The notes under the pieces were generated by a model that saw only the letters and a program-made list of their open reading frames with translations, made no database searches and had not been told where the DNA came from. Source: Octopus sinensis (Eukaryota). From it: a stretch of DNA of 64,000 nt. Below are positions 1-12,483 of this stretch, piece by piece. The stretch lies in the NCBI RefSeq assembly GCF_006345805.1, contig NC_042998.1:17236001-17300000 (forward strand), read 5' to 3'. Numbering within the stretch: the first letter of the stretch is position 1; each line of letters opens with the position of its first letter. Both the position numbers and the translations under genes were made by a program.

Positions 1-132
1 ATCCACACACAAGTCTTTGGTCGGCCCGAGGCTATAGTAGAAACACTTGCCCAAGATGCCACGCAGTGGGACTGAACCCGGAACCAAGTGGTTGGTAAGC
101 AAGCTACTTACCACACAGCCACTCCTGCGCCT
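1..132 (-). mobile_element. tRNA-derived SINE, family A (5' part, cut by window edge)
   Basis: Reverse complement starts AGGCGCAGGAGTGGCTGTGTGG (A-box-like) and has GGTTCAGTCCC (B-box-like) then CTTGGGCAAGT. Nearly identical to 2595-2726. Confidence 0.85.
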
Positions 133-199
133 ATATTACTTAAAACTTAATGAGTGTGAAAAACAACAGCTTCTTGGACATACGAAAACAAATTCTAGA

Positions 200-1100
200 A
201 AAAACGAGCTTTTTTTCTAACGGAAGTTCTTAGTTGGGCAATGCAGGCCACGTTGTAATGGTAACTCAGGTGAAACAAGTCTAACACTTGTTGCATGTAA
301 TAATTGCACGTTTCGTTGGTTATACGATATATTAATATCGTGCAATCAGGGAAGCATATTTGATGTATCAGCGACAATATTACTTGAGGCATGGTGTGGT
401 AAGGAGAGGCATCTACTTTATGTAAAAGGTTAAACGTGCGACGGTCAGCTGCGGTCGTGACGGTATACTGATAACTTAGTGACAACAATTGAATACCAGT
501 AAATCATCAGCGTGAGGAGCTTGGCGTGAGCGTGTCGTGTGTCTAATGGGTCAAACAATTGCAGCAAGTGGGGCAGTAATCTGTATACGGACCGTAAGCG
601 CGGAATGGTATCGTTTAGTTTGGTATATCGAGAATACAGTGGGGCTGATGTTTTGAAATACACTGAAAATACATGCATTTTATGAAAACAATATGAATTG
701 TCAAACTTCCTATTGATAGGTACGATACGGAGCTGGAGTGTATGCAGCATTTTTCCAAAGAAAAAATTGACGATTGCGAGCCGCAGAGGAGTAAAGTGGA
801 ATTTTTTGGAAAAAACTACATTTGATTTTCTTTGAAGTATTGCTGAAGTCACGGTATATCCATATAAAGCGAGACGTAGAAGTAGACTTTTGCTGGTCTC
901 TACGTCTTGAGTAGTGCATATTCCACAAGCATTTACATTCAAAATCGTTGGCATTCATGTTAATGTAGTGTCTCGTTATATCATTGGGAGTTGTGAGGTA
1001 GGCTTCAGGCCAGAGCTTTAGAGATGCAGGATTACCCCAGTGGACATTTGGTAGGATTTGCGAATCGCAGGTGGGGCGTGAAATAATGTTAGTACACATG
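200..1100 (-). pseudogene. Heavily decayed non-LTR retrotransposon RT fragment (CR1/L2-like)
   Basis: Minus-strand translation across frames gives IYRDFSNTSKKI (cf. IYLDFSKAFDKV) and downstream PHADDLLVF (cf. YADD), in the expected order. Frameshifted. Confidence 0.35.
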
Positions 1101-1498
1101 CGTGTTTGATACTGTGATAGCATGCAGTTTTGTAAATATGTTGTTTAAACATGAATAGGTGACCATAAGACTATGAAAATCAAACACTTTATGTTATCTA
1201 TATGATCCCGGAAAATACTGTCAATGTTCATTTCACATTGTCCAGTTCACACAGCAGGCAAAATTTGAACTAGGGAATATATGCGCCAAAGAAACCGGGA
1301 AACAATCCTTTAGCCCTTATTACGATGGAAGGACCATTTCCTTATATATATGTATATATGTACACATTTGGAAGTCTCTTATTGTATTTCTATGTGAATA
1401 ATATATAGTCTAATGACTAATTTGTTTTTTGTGCTAGGCCACTGGTAATAATAATTTATTATTACCCTATTTTATTATATATGTACACAGATAGGCAG

Positions 1499-1536
<38 letters not shown>

Positions 1537-2272
1537 CACATATATGTGTGCAGTACTAAAGCATGTATATTCACGACGTTTCACACATTAAGGCGTACAC
1601 ATACAAACGCATATTTCATGGCAGTACGCTCATACATGCAAGTTATACACGCAGACACACATACACAGACATCCTTTCTATGTTTCTTCGGATCATTCAA
1701 TATTTTGAACCTAGATAGACACAGTGTGTCCTACATCCATTCTTACTTCTTAATTTGTTGCAATTTTTTTCTTCTGTCTATCTGTCATATTGGAGAAGGG
1801 TATAAGTTCCAAACGTGTAGACATTCTATAAAGGCTAAGCTACTAGTATGACTTCGCCTTAACTTTGGATTTCGATCACTAAATTTTTAGCCCACATTTG
1901 TGTGCGTGTGTATGCTTGTCTCTCTTCACCAATGCTTATGCCTCAAAAAGTTTAGATGATTATTTGCAAGCGAATGTGAGTGAACATGCGAGTGTGAGAG
2001 TATATCTGATTTTATTGCACATTTTCGTATGGGTAAAGAAGAGATCTGCCAAGATGACAAAAAGGAAAAAGATACTAAATTAAATATTCGAGAATTTGTA
2101 ATGAAATTGCTGAAGTTAGTAGAGACCCCTCAGTGTGACTCTCACGAATACCTCCTCGACGGTGTTAGATGAGGCTCAAAATACTTTCATTTTATCATAA
2201 AACAGTACAGAAACTCAGATTGATATGACATCACTACACAAGAATAAATAAATGATACTTTCGTATGGTATG

Positions 2273-2482
2273 CTCTTTTACTCTTTTACTTGTTTCAGTC
2301 ATTTGACTGCGGCCATGCTGGAGCACCGCCTTTAGTCGAGCAAATCGACCCCGGGACTTATTCTTTGTAAGCCCAGCACTTATTCTATCGGTCTCTTTTA
2401 CCGAACCGCTAAGTGACGGGGACGTAAACACACCAGTATCGGTTGTCAAGCAATGCTAGGACACACACACACAGACACACAA

Positions 2483-2561
<79 letters not shown>

Positions 2562-2726
2562 TACGACAGGCTTTTTCAGTTTCCGTCTACCAAATCCACT
2601 CACAAGGCATTGGTCGGCCCGGGGCTATAGCAGAAGACACTTGCCCAAGATGCCACGCAGTGGGACTGAACCCGAAACCATGTGGCTGGTAAGCAAGCTA
2701 CTTACCACACAGCCACTCCTGCGCCT
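2273..2726 (-). mobile_element. tRNA-derived SINE family A, full length, with internal (TA)n/(TG)n microsatellite and (AAGAGTA)n-like tail
   Basis: Pol III box-like head, internal microsatellite, body ending GACTGAAACAAGTAAAAGAG. Nine copies in the window. Confidence 0.9.
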
Positions 2727-3149
2727 ATGTACTTATTCTATGATAAACTCAATATCTACATTCATATATCGAGCTGATGAATAGAAGGGTTTTGTTAATT
2801 TGATTCTACCTATATTTCCTGTCTGAGATAAGTAAGCCATTCCCTGAAAGTGTTTTTAGTTTCGATACGTAAATTCTAACACATGTGCACTTGGAACATA
2901 AAACAATTATTCCAAGAATAATTGTGTTTTTCTCATATTCTTTCGTTTTCTAATTTATTCATGTCCTGGAGCTAAGGTAAGAGTAGCAGCAATTAATGTG
3001 TAATTTTTCTTATCAGAATTGTATATCGTCTGTAACAGAGAAAACGATTCTCATTTTATCGTATATTTTATGTTAACACAATAAAACATTCTGCAAAAAT
3101 AGCAGTCAATTACATTTTCAAAATTAATAACAGATACAATAACGATACA

Positions 3150-3328
3150 GAATTTTGGCAGAAGGCCAGCGTATTTTCCGGAGAAGAGGCTTGTCAATTA
3201 CTGGTACTTATTTTACAGACCCCGAAAGGATGAAAAGCGGAGTCGGCGACGGCGGGTTCTTAAACTCAAAACGTAAAGACAGATGAAATGCCGCTAAGCA
3301 TTTTTTTCTGGCGGCTAAGTGCTCACCG
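3150..3328 (-). mobile_element. SINE family B, diverged (tail type 2)
   Basis: GACCCGAAAGGATGAAAAGC...GAAATGCCGCTAAGCATTT matches the reverse complement of 35289-35510. Tail is CTGGCCTTCTGCCAAAATT on the minus strand. Confidence 0.7.
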
Positions 3329-3374
3329 ACTTAAAAAAAGTTTTTTTTAATTTTGAAAGAAGACATGCAAATTC

Positions 3375-3500
3375 AGGGGACTTCGATCCCTGTGATCAAC
3401 TAGTACTTATTTTATCGTTCCCGAAAAGATGGAAGGCAAAGTTGACTCCGAGGGCATTTGCACTCAGAACATAAAGACGGACCATATACCACTAAGTATT
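3375..3500 (-). mobile_element. SINE family B fragment
   Basis: AGTACTTATTTTATCGTTCCCGAAAAGATGGAAGGCAAAGTTGAC...CTCAGAACATAAAGACGG matches the family B core. Confidence 0.65.
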
Positions 3501-3869
3501 AACAAGAGATAAAATATTACGAGACGATACTATCTTGTTACTGTTCATTGTTATAATTGCCTTTTTTCTGAGTTAAGAAAAGTTTCGGAAAACGAAGCGT
3601 GCATCCACCTCAATATGATGAATATGTTTCAAAAGCACAGCAGGAAGGAAATAAGGACTTAAAATTGCAAGCAATTACACTTACAAACTGAAACATCGTT
3701 TGCTTATTAGTTCAGCAGTAAGTAAAAATGTGCTCACTGTCGGTGGATTTAAACGAGTATACTTTGGCAAAGTATATGGCAAGTTATATTATATCAATCA
3801 AATCTGCAGTTGACAGCATTGATCATAAAACAAATATTTTAGTTGGTGTTGTAGACAAATAAATACAAT

Positions 3870-3917
<48 letters not shown>

Positions 3918-5915
3918 CTAGCATAAAGACCGCCCACCGGGAAGTTTTCTGTTAGCCCCTTCACATTTGATTTCCAATCCTTTTCATATTTTACGTCTAA
4001 TTATTTCTTTACATAATAGTGCTCATTTGCTCAGTAAATATTGTTTTCATTATTTTATCACTGTTAGAATGTTTCTCTTTGAAACAAACAACACGGTAGT
4101 CCAGCAACAGAGAGAAAAGCAATTTGTCAAGTTTTACATTCCCCTGAAAACAATATAAAGATTACAATTCGGCAGCCCACCTGTATGTTTTGCAGTATGT
4201 GTGTGCGAGGGAGAGAGAGGTGGGGAGAGAGAATATTGCAATTAATGAATGAAATAAACATGAAATAAAAAAGTCGTATAAATAAAAGTACATTACTACA
4301 GATGTATACGCCCCCGGTTGTGTTACATCATAACATCCAGAAAAATGGATATCTTTTAACAAAAATTTCTACAAATACCGCTTAGATGTTGTGGCTTCAG
4401 AGTATAGAGGAATTTATGGGACAGGATTTTTCTGAGGGGATTGAGAAAGGAGTTTCAGAAAATTTATACGGTCTGACTTTTTCCCTCATAACTTTCAGGA
4501 AAATGGGCACCTTTTAATGAAATTTTATACAAATCCTCTCTAAATGACATAGATTATTATTTTAAAGAAATTTGTGTGGGGATATTTTTCAGGGATGTTC
4601 CCCACTCTTCTTTCAAAGATGGGGTTGGGGAGCATCTTTCTATGAAAAAGTTTTGAAAACTCTTTGTTTTAACCCCCACCCCCTCATTATCCAACTCCGG
4701 ACCTATTTTGGCCAGTTTTTATTTTTTGCACCTCAAAACCATGATGAGTCATTGTCGGTAATTTTGTCTTTAAATGTTAATATATTCGGAGGGAAAGTGA
4801 GTGGTTTAAGGGCGATTTGGCTGCTGCTTCTAGCACATCCAAAGACAATCCTCCTCGTCTCTGTATCACACTCGCATGTATTGATGTTTTTCAATATTTC
4901 CCCCCAAAAATACATTAGATGCTATAAAAAGGAGAAATTTGATAAATTATGGATTTTTTGCAATCCCACGCCCTGCTCCACATTGTTTCTGTTTAGAAAT
5001 TAAAATGTTGTAGAGCCTGAAAATGTCATTGCTGGCATTTATCCACAGAGACATTTAACAAATACGGAGATGTACTTGCATAGCAAGTGACTTAATCTGA
5101 GATTGTGTTCTGAAACCAAGTTTTGTCAGCGAGCATTTCACGGTTTGAAAGCGACGATGGGGGTAAAAATTTAGATTACAATTTATTTTGTATTTTTTTC
5201 CACCAATGTACTATGCGTGTGTTATTTCGGCATCATTGATCCATAAAATGTGTTTAATGGGAGAAAAATATTGAAATAATCCTCAATACATGTGAAAGGG
5301 AAAAGGGAAAACGCAGGTTTGGCTTTTGTTAGTAACAACAGCAAGACCTCCCTGAATTGATTACCATATCTTCTGAAAATATTTACAATTTGCTTTTTTC
5401 ATTTTATTTTTACCGAAATGGCTCCTGCTTTGGTTTTTAAGTTAAAAAGGAAAATGGCCACAGGTGGTCTGGATAGTTTTTATTGTAAGGATTACAATGT
5501 CCGAAACAGCCATAACAACAAAATCACTTAAAATTTTTTTTTACAAAAATTATACGAGTTTTTTTTTTAATTCATTCAATAAATAATCTTTTTACATTAC
5601 GTATAGATTAATAGAATAAACTGTCGGTTTTCAAAATAGTGAATTAAAAATTGGAATGAAAACATTAAAAGAGAAAATGAGACTCCAATTAAAATTCCGC
5701 AGTGGATGCAATGAATAATTAAATTTGCGAGAAAATGCAATTTAAAAAATTCAAGAAGCTTGAGAAATCCAAATTATAAGAAATTTCTTAGAACATGAAT
5801 TTATAAAAGCATTTCCTGACGGGCAACCCTTTAGTAGTTGCTTTCCTTTAGTACTTTTAGTATTTGTTATATACCTTATTAATAAACAGCTTTCTCCATT
5901 ATAGTATATATATAA

Positions 5916-6142
5916 TTGAAGCGTGGAAGGTGTTTATAAGCCATTTAAAACATACAAAAACCGTTATATTCACTTCAACATTTAAATTTAATTTGCCAAA
6001 ATATATTCGTCACTTTGAGACCGCGAATAGGTGGCCATCTCAAAGCGATGAATATATTTTGGCAAATTATATTTAAATGTTGAAGTGAATATAACGTTTG
6101 TTGTGTGTCTTAAATGGCTTATAAACAGGTTCCGCGTTGCAA
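5916..6142. repeat. ~225 bp imperfect palindrome (head-to-head arms)
   Basis: TGTTTATAAGCCATTTAA...TTTGAGA (5931-6020) is the reverse complement of 6038-6127 with scattered mismatches. The spacer is 17 nt. Confidence 0.9.
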
Positions 6143-6199
6143 CTGCTTTCCTTCCAGCACAAGATCTCAGATTAGATAACTTGCTATGCAAGTACATCT

Positions 6200-6202
<3 letters not shown>

Positions 6203-6254
<52 letters not shown>

Positions 6255-6465
6255 TACACAGAGGGAAAAAGAGAAAGAAAAAAGAATGAAAGATGGATAC
6301 AAATATAGATAGATAGGAAGGTAGGTAGGTAGATAGGTAGGTAGATAGGTAGGTAGGTAGGTAGGTAGGTAGGTAGGTAGGTAGGTATGTAGGTAGATAG
6401 GTAGGCAGGCAGGCAGGTAGGTTGGTATGTAGGTACGTAGGAAAGCAGGTAGGTAGGTAGATATA
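6203..6465. repeat. (TA)n and (GGTA/GATA)n microsatellites
   Basis: Visible directly. Confidence 0.95.
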
Positions 6466-7463
6466 GACAAGAAAGTAAATTTCCAAAAGAGAGATGTGAG
6501 AGTTAATGAAATGAAATATAAGAATTGTAAAGATTGAGGTAATATTCGCATTCTGAACTCGTAAAAGCATCACCAGCGACTTTTAACAAAACAGACCCAT
6601 GTGTTGGAGGGTGGTTGCTTGAGAAGTAGGGACTCACCAAAAATTGGCAGACGCAGCACATGCTTCTATTTTACTATTAGTTTAATATTCAAGTAAAATC
6701 CAAAAAAATATAAAGTTTAACTCTCATATTTATCGATCTATTTACTAAATTAATTTGTGAACAAATAATACAGGCTGAATATTATAGCTGTTTATGTAAA
6801 AAAAAAAGTTAATTAATGAGAGTATCTATAATCCAAATCAACATCAAGAATTATGAAGTTAATTTATAATAAAATCATAATCTATTACGCACTCTGCCAA
6901 ATAATGCTCAGACAATATATCTATTGTAATTAATCATATTCTTTAATGTAGTTGAAGGATGGCTACAAAATATATATTGTACATGTGCCAAAAGTAAGCT
7001 TATGACGAAAGTTGATTTCATAGACGGTCAGAAAATATAATAGGTTGAATTCAGTTTTGGCATTTGACTCCTATTAACCTATTCGTATTGTTATCGATAT
7101 TATTTTTAATATGCTGAGCACCTCAAAATATCTTCTCAGAATATCGTTTTCAAAGAGTGCTCGGCACGAAATATAAGTTTTTTTTTTCATTTTATTTTCT
7201 GCTGCCGATTTCATAGATGTTCACTTAATTACATATAGTTTAGGCTTGATATAGTTCGCAGTAAATATTCATCCGGTCGAATCCTTGAATCCAAAGTCTG
7301 AGGTTCTGACTTAATACAACCTATTCAAAGAAAACTTATAATAAAATGAATATGACTGATGGAAGGTACATCAGAAGAACGTTTTCTAAACTAAATACCC
7401 GTATGGTAGATTATCATTAATACATTTTGTGAATACGTACTTATACGTAACACTATATACACA

Positions 7464-7735
7464 TTCTTTTATTCCTTTAATTGTTTCAATCACTAGACTT
7501 TGGCCACGCTGGAGCACCGCTTTGAATAGTTATTAGTCGTATGAATCGACCCAGAGTACTTATTCTAAAGCTTTGTACTTATTCTATCGGTCACTTATGC
7601 CGAGCCGCTAAGAGACTGGGACGTAAAGACACCAACAGCGACTATCGAGCTGCGATGAGACTAACACAGAAGCAAAGATACACACACACACTCGAAAGTG
7701 TATATGTGTGTGTGTGCGCGCGCGTGTTTGCGCCC
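7464..7735 (-). mobile_element. SINE family A, old diverged 3' half
   Basis: TGGCCACGCTGGAGCACCGC...TACTTATTCTATCGGTC...GGGACGTAAAGACACCA matches the family A body. Confidence 0.75.
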
Positions 7736-8137
7736 GTGCTCATAGACAGGTGACACCATCCAATGCAATTTACAGATCTAACACAGGGTTGATTATACGT
7801 GTGGCATTTATATCAAATAACAACATAAATGGATTTTATAGTTTCAAACAAAGCGGACCGCTGAGAGCTTTCTACCAAACTTTAAACTCACCCGAAGAGA
7901 GCGGATTTTTTTTTTTAATGATACAGTCGAACTTAACCATCTGTTCCACAATAAAGAAATGCTTCTGCAACAGCTTTTGTGAACTTATAAAATCCAGTTA
8001 TGCTCATATTTGATAAACACACATACACTCACACTCACACGCACACACATACATGCATGCAGGCATGCACACGCACATACTCACATACACACGCGCACAC
8101 ACACACACACGCATATACACGCATACACAGACATATA

Positions 8138-9398
8138 TCAGGTCATCCCATAAGATCTGTCCGAATTTTGAATAAAGAAAATAAGTGATCCCATGTTATA
8201 TTTAAGTGAAATTTAATCATCAATGTACTTTCCCTGCTTATCTATGACTTCCTTCTATCTATCAATGTAAAACTCTTTTGGTTTCAAAGCCAAGAACCCT
8301 GAATTTTAAGTTTCGATTTCCTCCTGGCTTGCGAAAGTTATGTCCCCAAAAGATTCTGTAAATTACGAAACAAATCATAGTGTGAAGGAGCAAGGTCGGG
8401 AGAATAAGGTGGATGAGGAATTTTTTCCCAACCATGCTCTTCGATCTTCTGTGATGTGATCTTTGCAGCGTGGGGCCACGCATTTTTCTGATGAAACATC
8501 GCTCATTTTTGATTCAATAAAGCGGGGTTTTTTTCTTCAATGCTTGGTTCAAACGCCCAAACTGCTGACAGCAGACTCGAGCATTGATTGTTGCATTAGG
8601 TGGTAACAATTCAAAGTGAATTACTCCTTTGCAATCCTACCAGATAGAGAGAAGAACCGTTTTTTCGTGAACTTCACTTCTCGGTTGTGGTTGAGCTTTT
8701 TCCCTTTAACCAAGCCACTGTTTACTACGTTTAACAATTCGATAGAAGATCTATCTTTCGTCACCAGTCATTAGTCTGTCCAAAATGGGTGAAAGGAATT
8801 CGTGAGAATGGAGAGAAGAGAGATGTCAAATCGGGATTCGAGATCGCTTTCGGCCAATTCTTGAGGCACCCAATTTCCATGTTTAGGAATCTTTCCAAGT
8901 TACTAAAGATGATGATGATCAGTTGTATGGTTTGAACTAAGCTTTATTGCCAATTCTTCAACTGATAATGCAGGATTTTCTTCAAGTAATGCTTCAAGGA
9001 GCTTATCATCAAACTCAACTGGACGTCTTGTTCGATTTTCGTCTTCAACGCTGAAATATCCACTTCTGAATTTTACAAACCATCTTCTGCAAGTTCTTTC
9101 ATTCAAGCATTCTTTCCCATAAACTGTATGTTTCGAGTCGCATCGGCTGAAGAGTTTCCTTTTTTTGTACTCATAAAGCATTAGGTGTCTCAAAAGCTCT
9201 TTCGATACTTCCATGTTTGAAAGGGATTTAATCAAAGAAATTTTAATTCTATTATTCTGTAAAATGATATTTAATTAGTTTAAATGTACACAAATGCAGA
9301 AAACTAATGTTTAATTCCATTAGACATTCCAAAATACTATTAAATTTCATTCAATTTTCAAAAAAGTAAATTTGGACAGAGCTTATGTGATGACCTGA
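8138..9398 (-). mobile_element. Full-length mariner (DD34D-type) DNA transposon, pseudogenised transposase
   Basis: TIRs TCAGGTCATCCCATAAGATCTGTCCGAATTT (8138) versus the reverse complement of 9368-9398 show 3 mismatches. TA flanks both ends; length 1261 bp. Motifs CRRWFVKFRSG...R.V.FD (HTH), WVPQEL, TGDE and HPPYSPDLAP are present, with frameshifts. Confidence 0.95.
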
Positions 9399-9408
9399 TA
9401 TATATATA

Positions 9409-9463
<55 letters not shown>

Positions 9464-9477
9464 ATATATATATATAT

Positions 9478-9878
9478 ACTCTTTTACTTGTTTCAGTCGT
9501 CTGACTGTGGCCTTGCTGGAGCACCGCCTCTAGTCGAGCAAATCGACCCCAGGACTTATTCTTTGTAAGCCTAATGCATATTCTATCGGTCTCTTTTGCC
9601 TAACCGCTAAGTTACGGGGACGTAAACACACCAGCATCGGTTGTCAAGCGATGTTGGAGACAAATACAAACACATAAACACACACACATATATACATACA
9701 TATATATACATATACATATATACGTCGGGCTTCTTTTAGTTTTCGTCTACCAAAAAATACTCACAAGGCTTTGGTCGGCCCGAGGCTATAATATAAGATA
9801 CTTGCCCAAGGTGCCACACAGTGGAAATGAACCCGAAACCATGTGGTTGGTAAGCAAGTTACTTACCACACACCCACT
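9478..9878 (-). mobile_element. SINE family A, near full length
   Basis: Colinear with 2273-2726. Confidence 0.9.
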
Positions 9879-10038
<160 letters not shown>

Positions 10039-11727
10039 TTCAACAAGTTTAGCTCACTTTACTGGTTAGTGAAATAAATAATTTCCAGGCTGGAGTGATA
10101 ATTTTGTTAATGACAACTAGTGAATTTAATTGGCATTTACTCTTTTCTTAGACATCTGTAAAGCAAAATCTACTCTCCTAGCAATAAAATTGTTTCCTTT
10201 ACTCCCTCTCTCTATTTCTATTTCTCTCGTCTCTCTCTATCTATCTATCTCTATCTCTCTTCACTCTTTTCTCTCTGTGGTTGGGATTCTGTTGTAAATA
10301 CATTATTTCTATAAATATAAATAGAGAAAATGTTTATATAAATAAAAGTAAATATTGCTTATTTCCATACACATCATAGGAGCACGACCCAAATTCCATA
10401 TCCATTTATATGAATAAGTTAATCGTTTCAATCTCAGAAAGGAAGGGTTTTACCAACTTTGTGCATCATCTTTAACGCAGAAATATTTGTATAGCAATAA
10501 AATATGTTAGGGGAAATTAGATTTTGTATAATCAAAATTGTATAAATCGCATATTTGTGAAAAAAATTCAACGTAATATTACAGGAGCATGCTGCAGCGC
10601 ACGAAATTCTAATTGCTTCTTAATACACGTAACCGAAGCAATCTACAATGCATCAATTTACAAATATTCAGAAATATATATATTTCTTTCTTTTATGTCA
10701 TAGAATGTTGAAAATTTACGTGGGATTTAATACAATTTATTCTCCAAGTTGTACAAATGAATAATGTTAAGTAAACTCCATGTTTAACTGATGAATTTTG
10801 AGACATTCCCGATTGAAATAAAAACAGCTTAAAATTTCAAATGATTTTATTTCATCCTATACTTGGTGCTCTGCAAATGAATAATGTTATAGCCTTCCAT
10901 CCATTTCGCGTGTGTTAAATTGATATTTTTCATTTAATATTCAATCACAATGCTCGAGTATTAAATCACAGACGCTTTTGTTTTTAATCTTCCACGACAT
11001 TTATATCTAAATTTACATCTTCACTATATTTGCAGTCCATTATATTTTTACGCTCTTCCCTCAATTATATACATTCCTTCGATTATACCCACTAATAAAT
11101 ATTTACATTTCAATGTAATAATTTAGAATCAGATAACTACCTTAATAGCAAACAAATCCTCCTTTACGATACTTCCACAAAAATGCATTGACCTAAATTT
11201 TGCACACAATAATATTTGGCTCATATATGGTTGCATTATATCATCTCACTTGAATCAATTAATAATTGGTTTAGTTTTTCCTTTCGAAAAAGAGCGATAC
11301 GCATTACCTTCCATTATCTTCTGAATAGCTTCTTCTTAAACAAACATTTCCTAGTTGTAGCACCGGATTAAGTCGATCTCACCGTTAATTGTTATCTTCT
11401 AGCTATTCACATCATGTCACGTGCGAATTTATTTGAACGAAAACTAAGTAGAATATGATGATCTTCATGTTTTTTAGAGAATTAAATAATGCTTCTGAAT
11501 CGATTGTCGATTGAGGAGTCTTTGAGGATTGTAGAAGATATGGAAGAGACAAATTACTCAGTACATTCTCATTTATCCCTGGGTATTTTACTCAAGACTT
11601 ATGACCAGGAATATCTGTATCACAATACGCATATTCCCAGAAGTTCGAGTCTGAAAATACCAGCTGTCTTACATGAGAAATTGCCAGTTAATAGCACATG
11701 AAACAATTTCTTCGACATAACAATTTT

Positions 11728-11897
11728 GAGTGTCTGTGTGGTAAGTAGCTTGGTTACGAACCACATGGTTTCGGTTTCAGTCCCACTGCGTGGCACCTTG
11801 GGCTAGTGTCGTCTACTATAGCCTTGTGCCGAACAAATCCTTGTGAGAGGATTTGGTTGACGGAAACTGACGGACGCCCGTCGTATATATGTATATG

Positions 11898-11989
<92 letters not shown>

Positions 11990-12070
11990 GTGTGTGTGTG
12001 TGTGTGTGTGTCTGTGTTTGTCCCCCCCTACTTCACTTGAAAACCGAGGCTGGTGTGTTTACGTCCCCGT
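11728..12070 (+). mobile_element. SINE family A, 3'-truncated
   Basis: GTGTGGTAAGTAGCTT...TTTCAGTCCCACTGCGTGGCACCTTGGGC, then internal (TA)n(TG)n, then GGTGTGTTTACGTCCCCGT. Confidence 0.85.
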
Positions 12071-12321
12071 CGATGTTTCCTAGGGCTAAATGGCGGTGGT
12101 GTAATTCCCTCACGGGACTGTCACATTGAGTTGACAGTATACGACCACCATGTATATATATATATAATCATATTATCTTTCGTTTTCCTTTTTTGTTTTT
12201 GTTCTTTGAAAATGGCCCATTCCAGATCTGGGTTCACTGAGGGAGCAAATTACAAATGAGATGTATCGAATTAAAACTTTATTCGCTCAGGAGATTTGTT
12301 GGAATAATTAGTAATTGTTAC

Positions 12322-12483
12322 AAATTTTGTCATAAGCCCAGTATGTTTCGGTGGAGGACCTATGTCAATTACATCGATCTCCGTGCTCAACTGATACTTA
12401 TTTTATCGTCTCTGAAGAATAAAAAGCAACTTTGACCTCGTTAGAATTTAAATTCAGAACATAGCGACTCCGTTCGCTCGCCG
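12322..12483 (-). mobile_element. SINE family B, old fragment (tail type 2)
   Basis: TTACATCGATCTCCGTGCTCAACTGATACTTATTTTATCG...TTGACCTCG matches the family B core. Confidence 0.6.

Noticed and set aside
4290-5835. Helitron/Helentron non-autonomous element
   Set aside because: The composition is suggestive, but I could not define termini, hairpins or a second copy.
7111-7166. 10 bp inverted repeat TGCTGAGCAC/GTGCTCGGCA
   Set aside because: Short enough to occur by chance in 64 kb.
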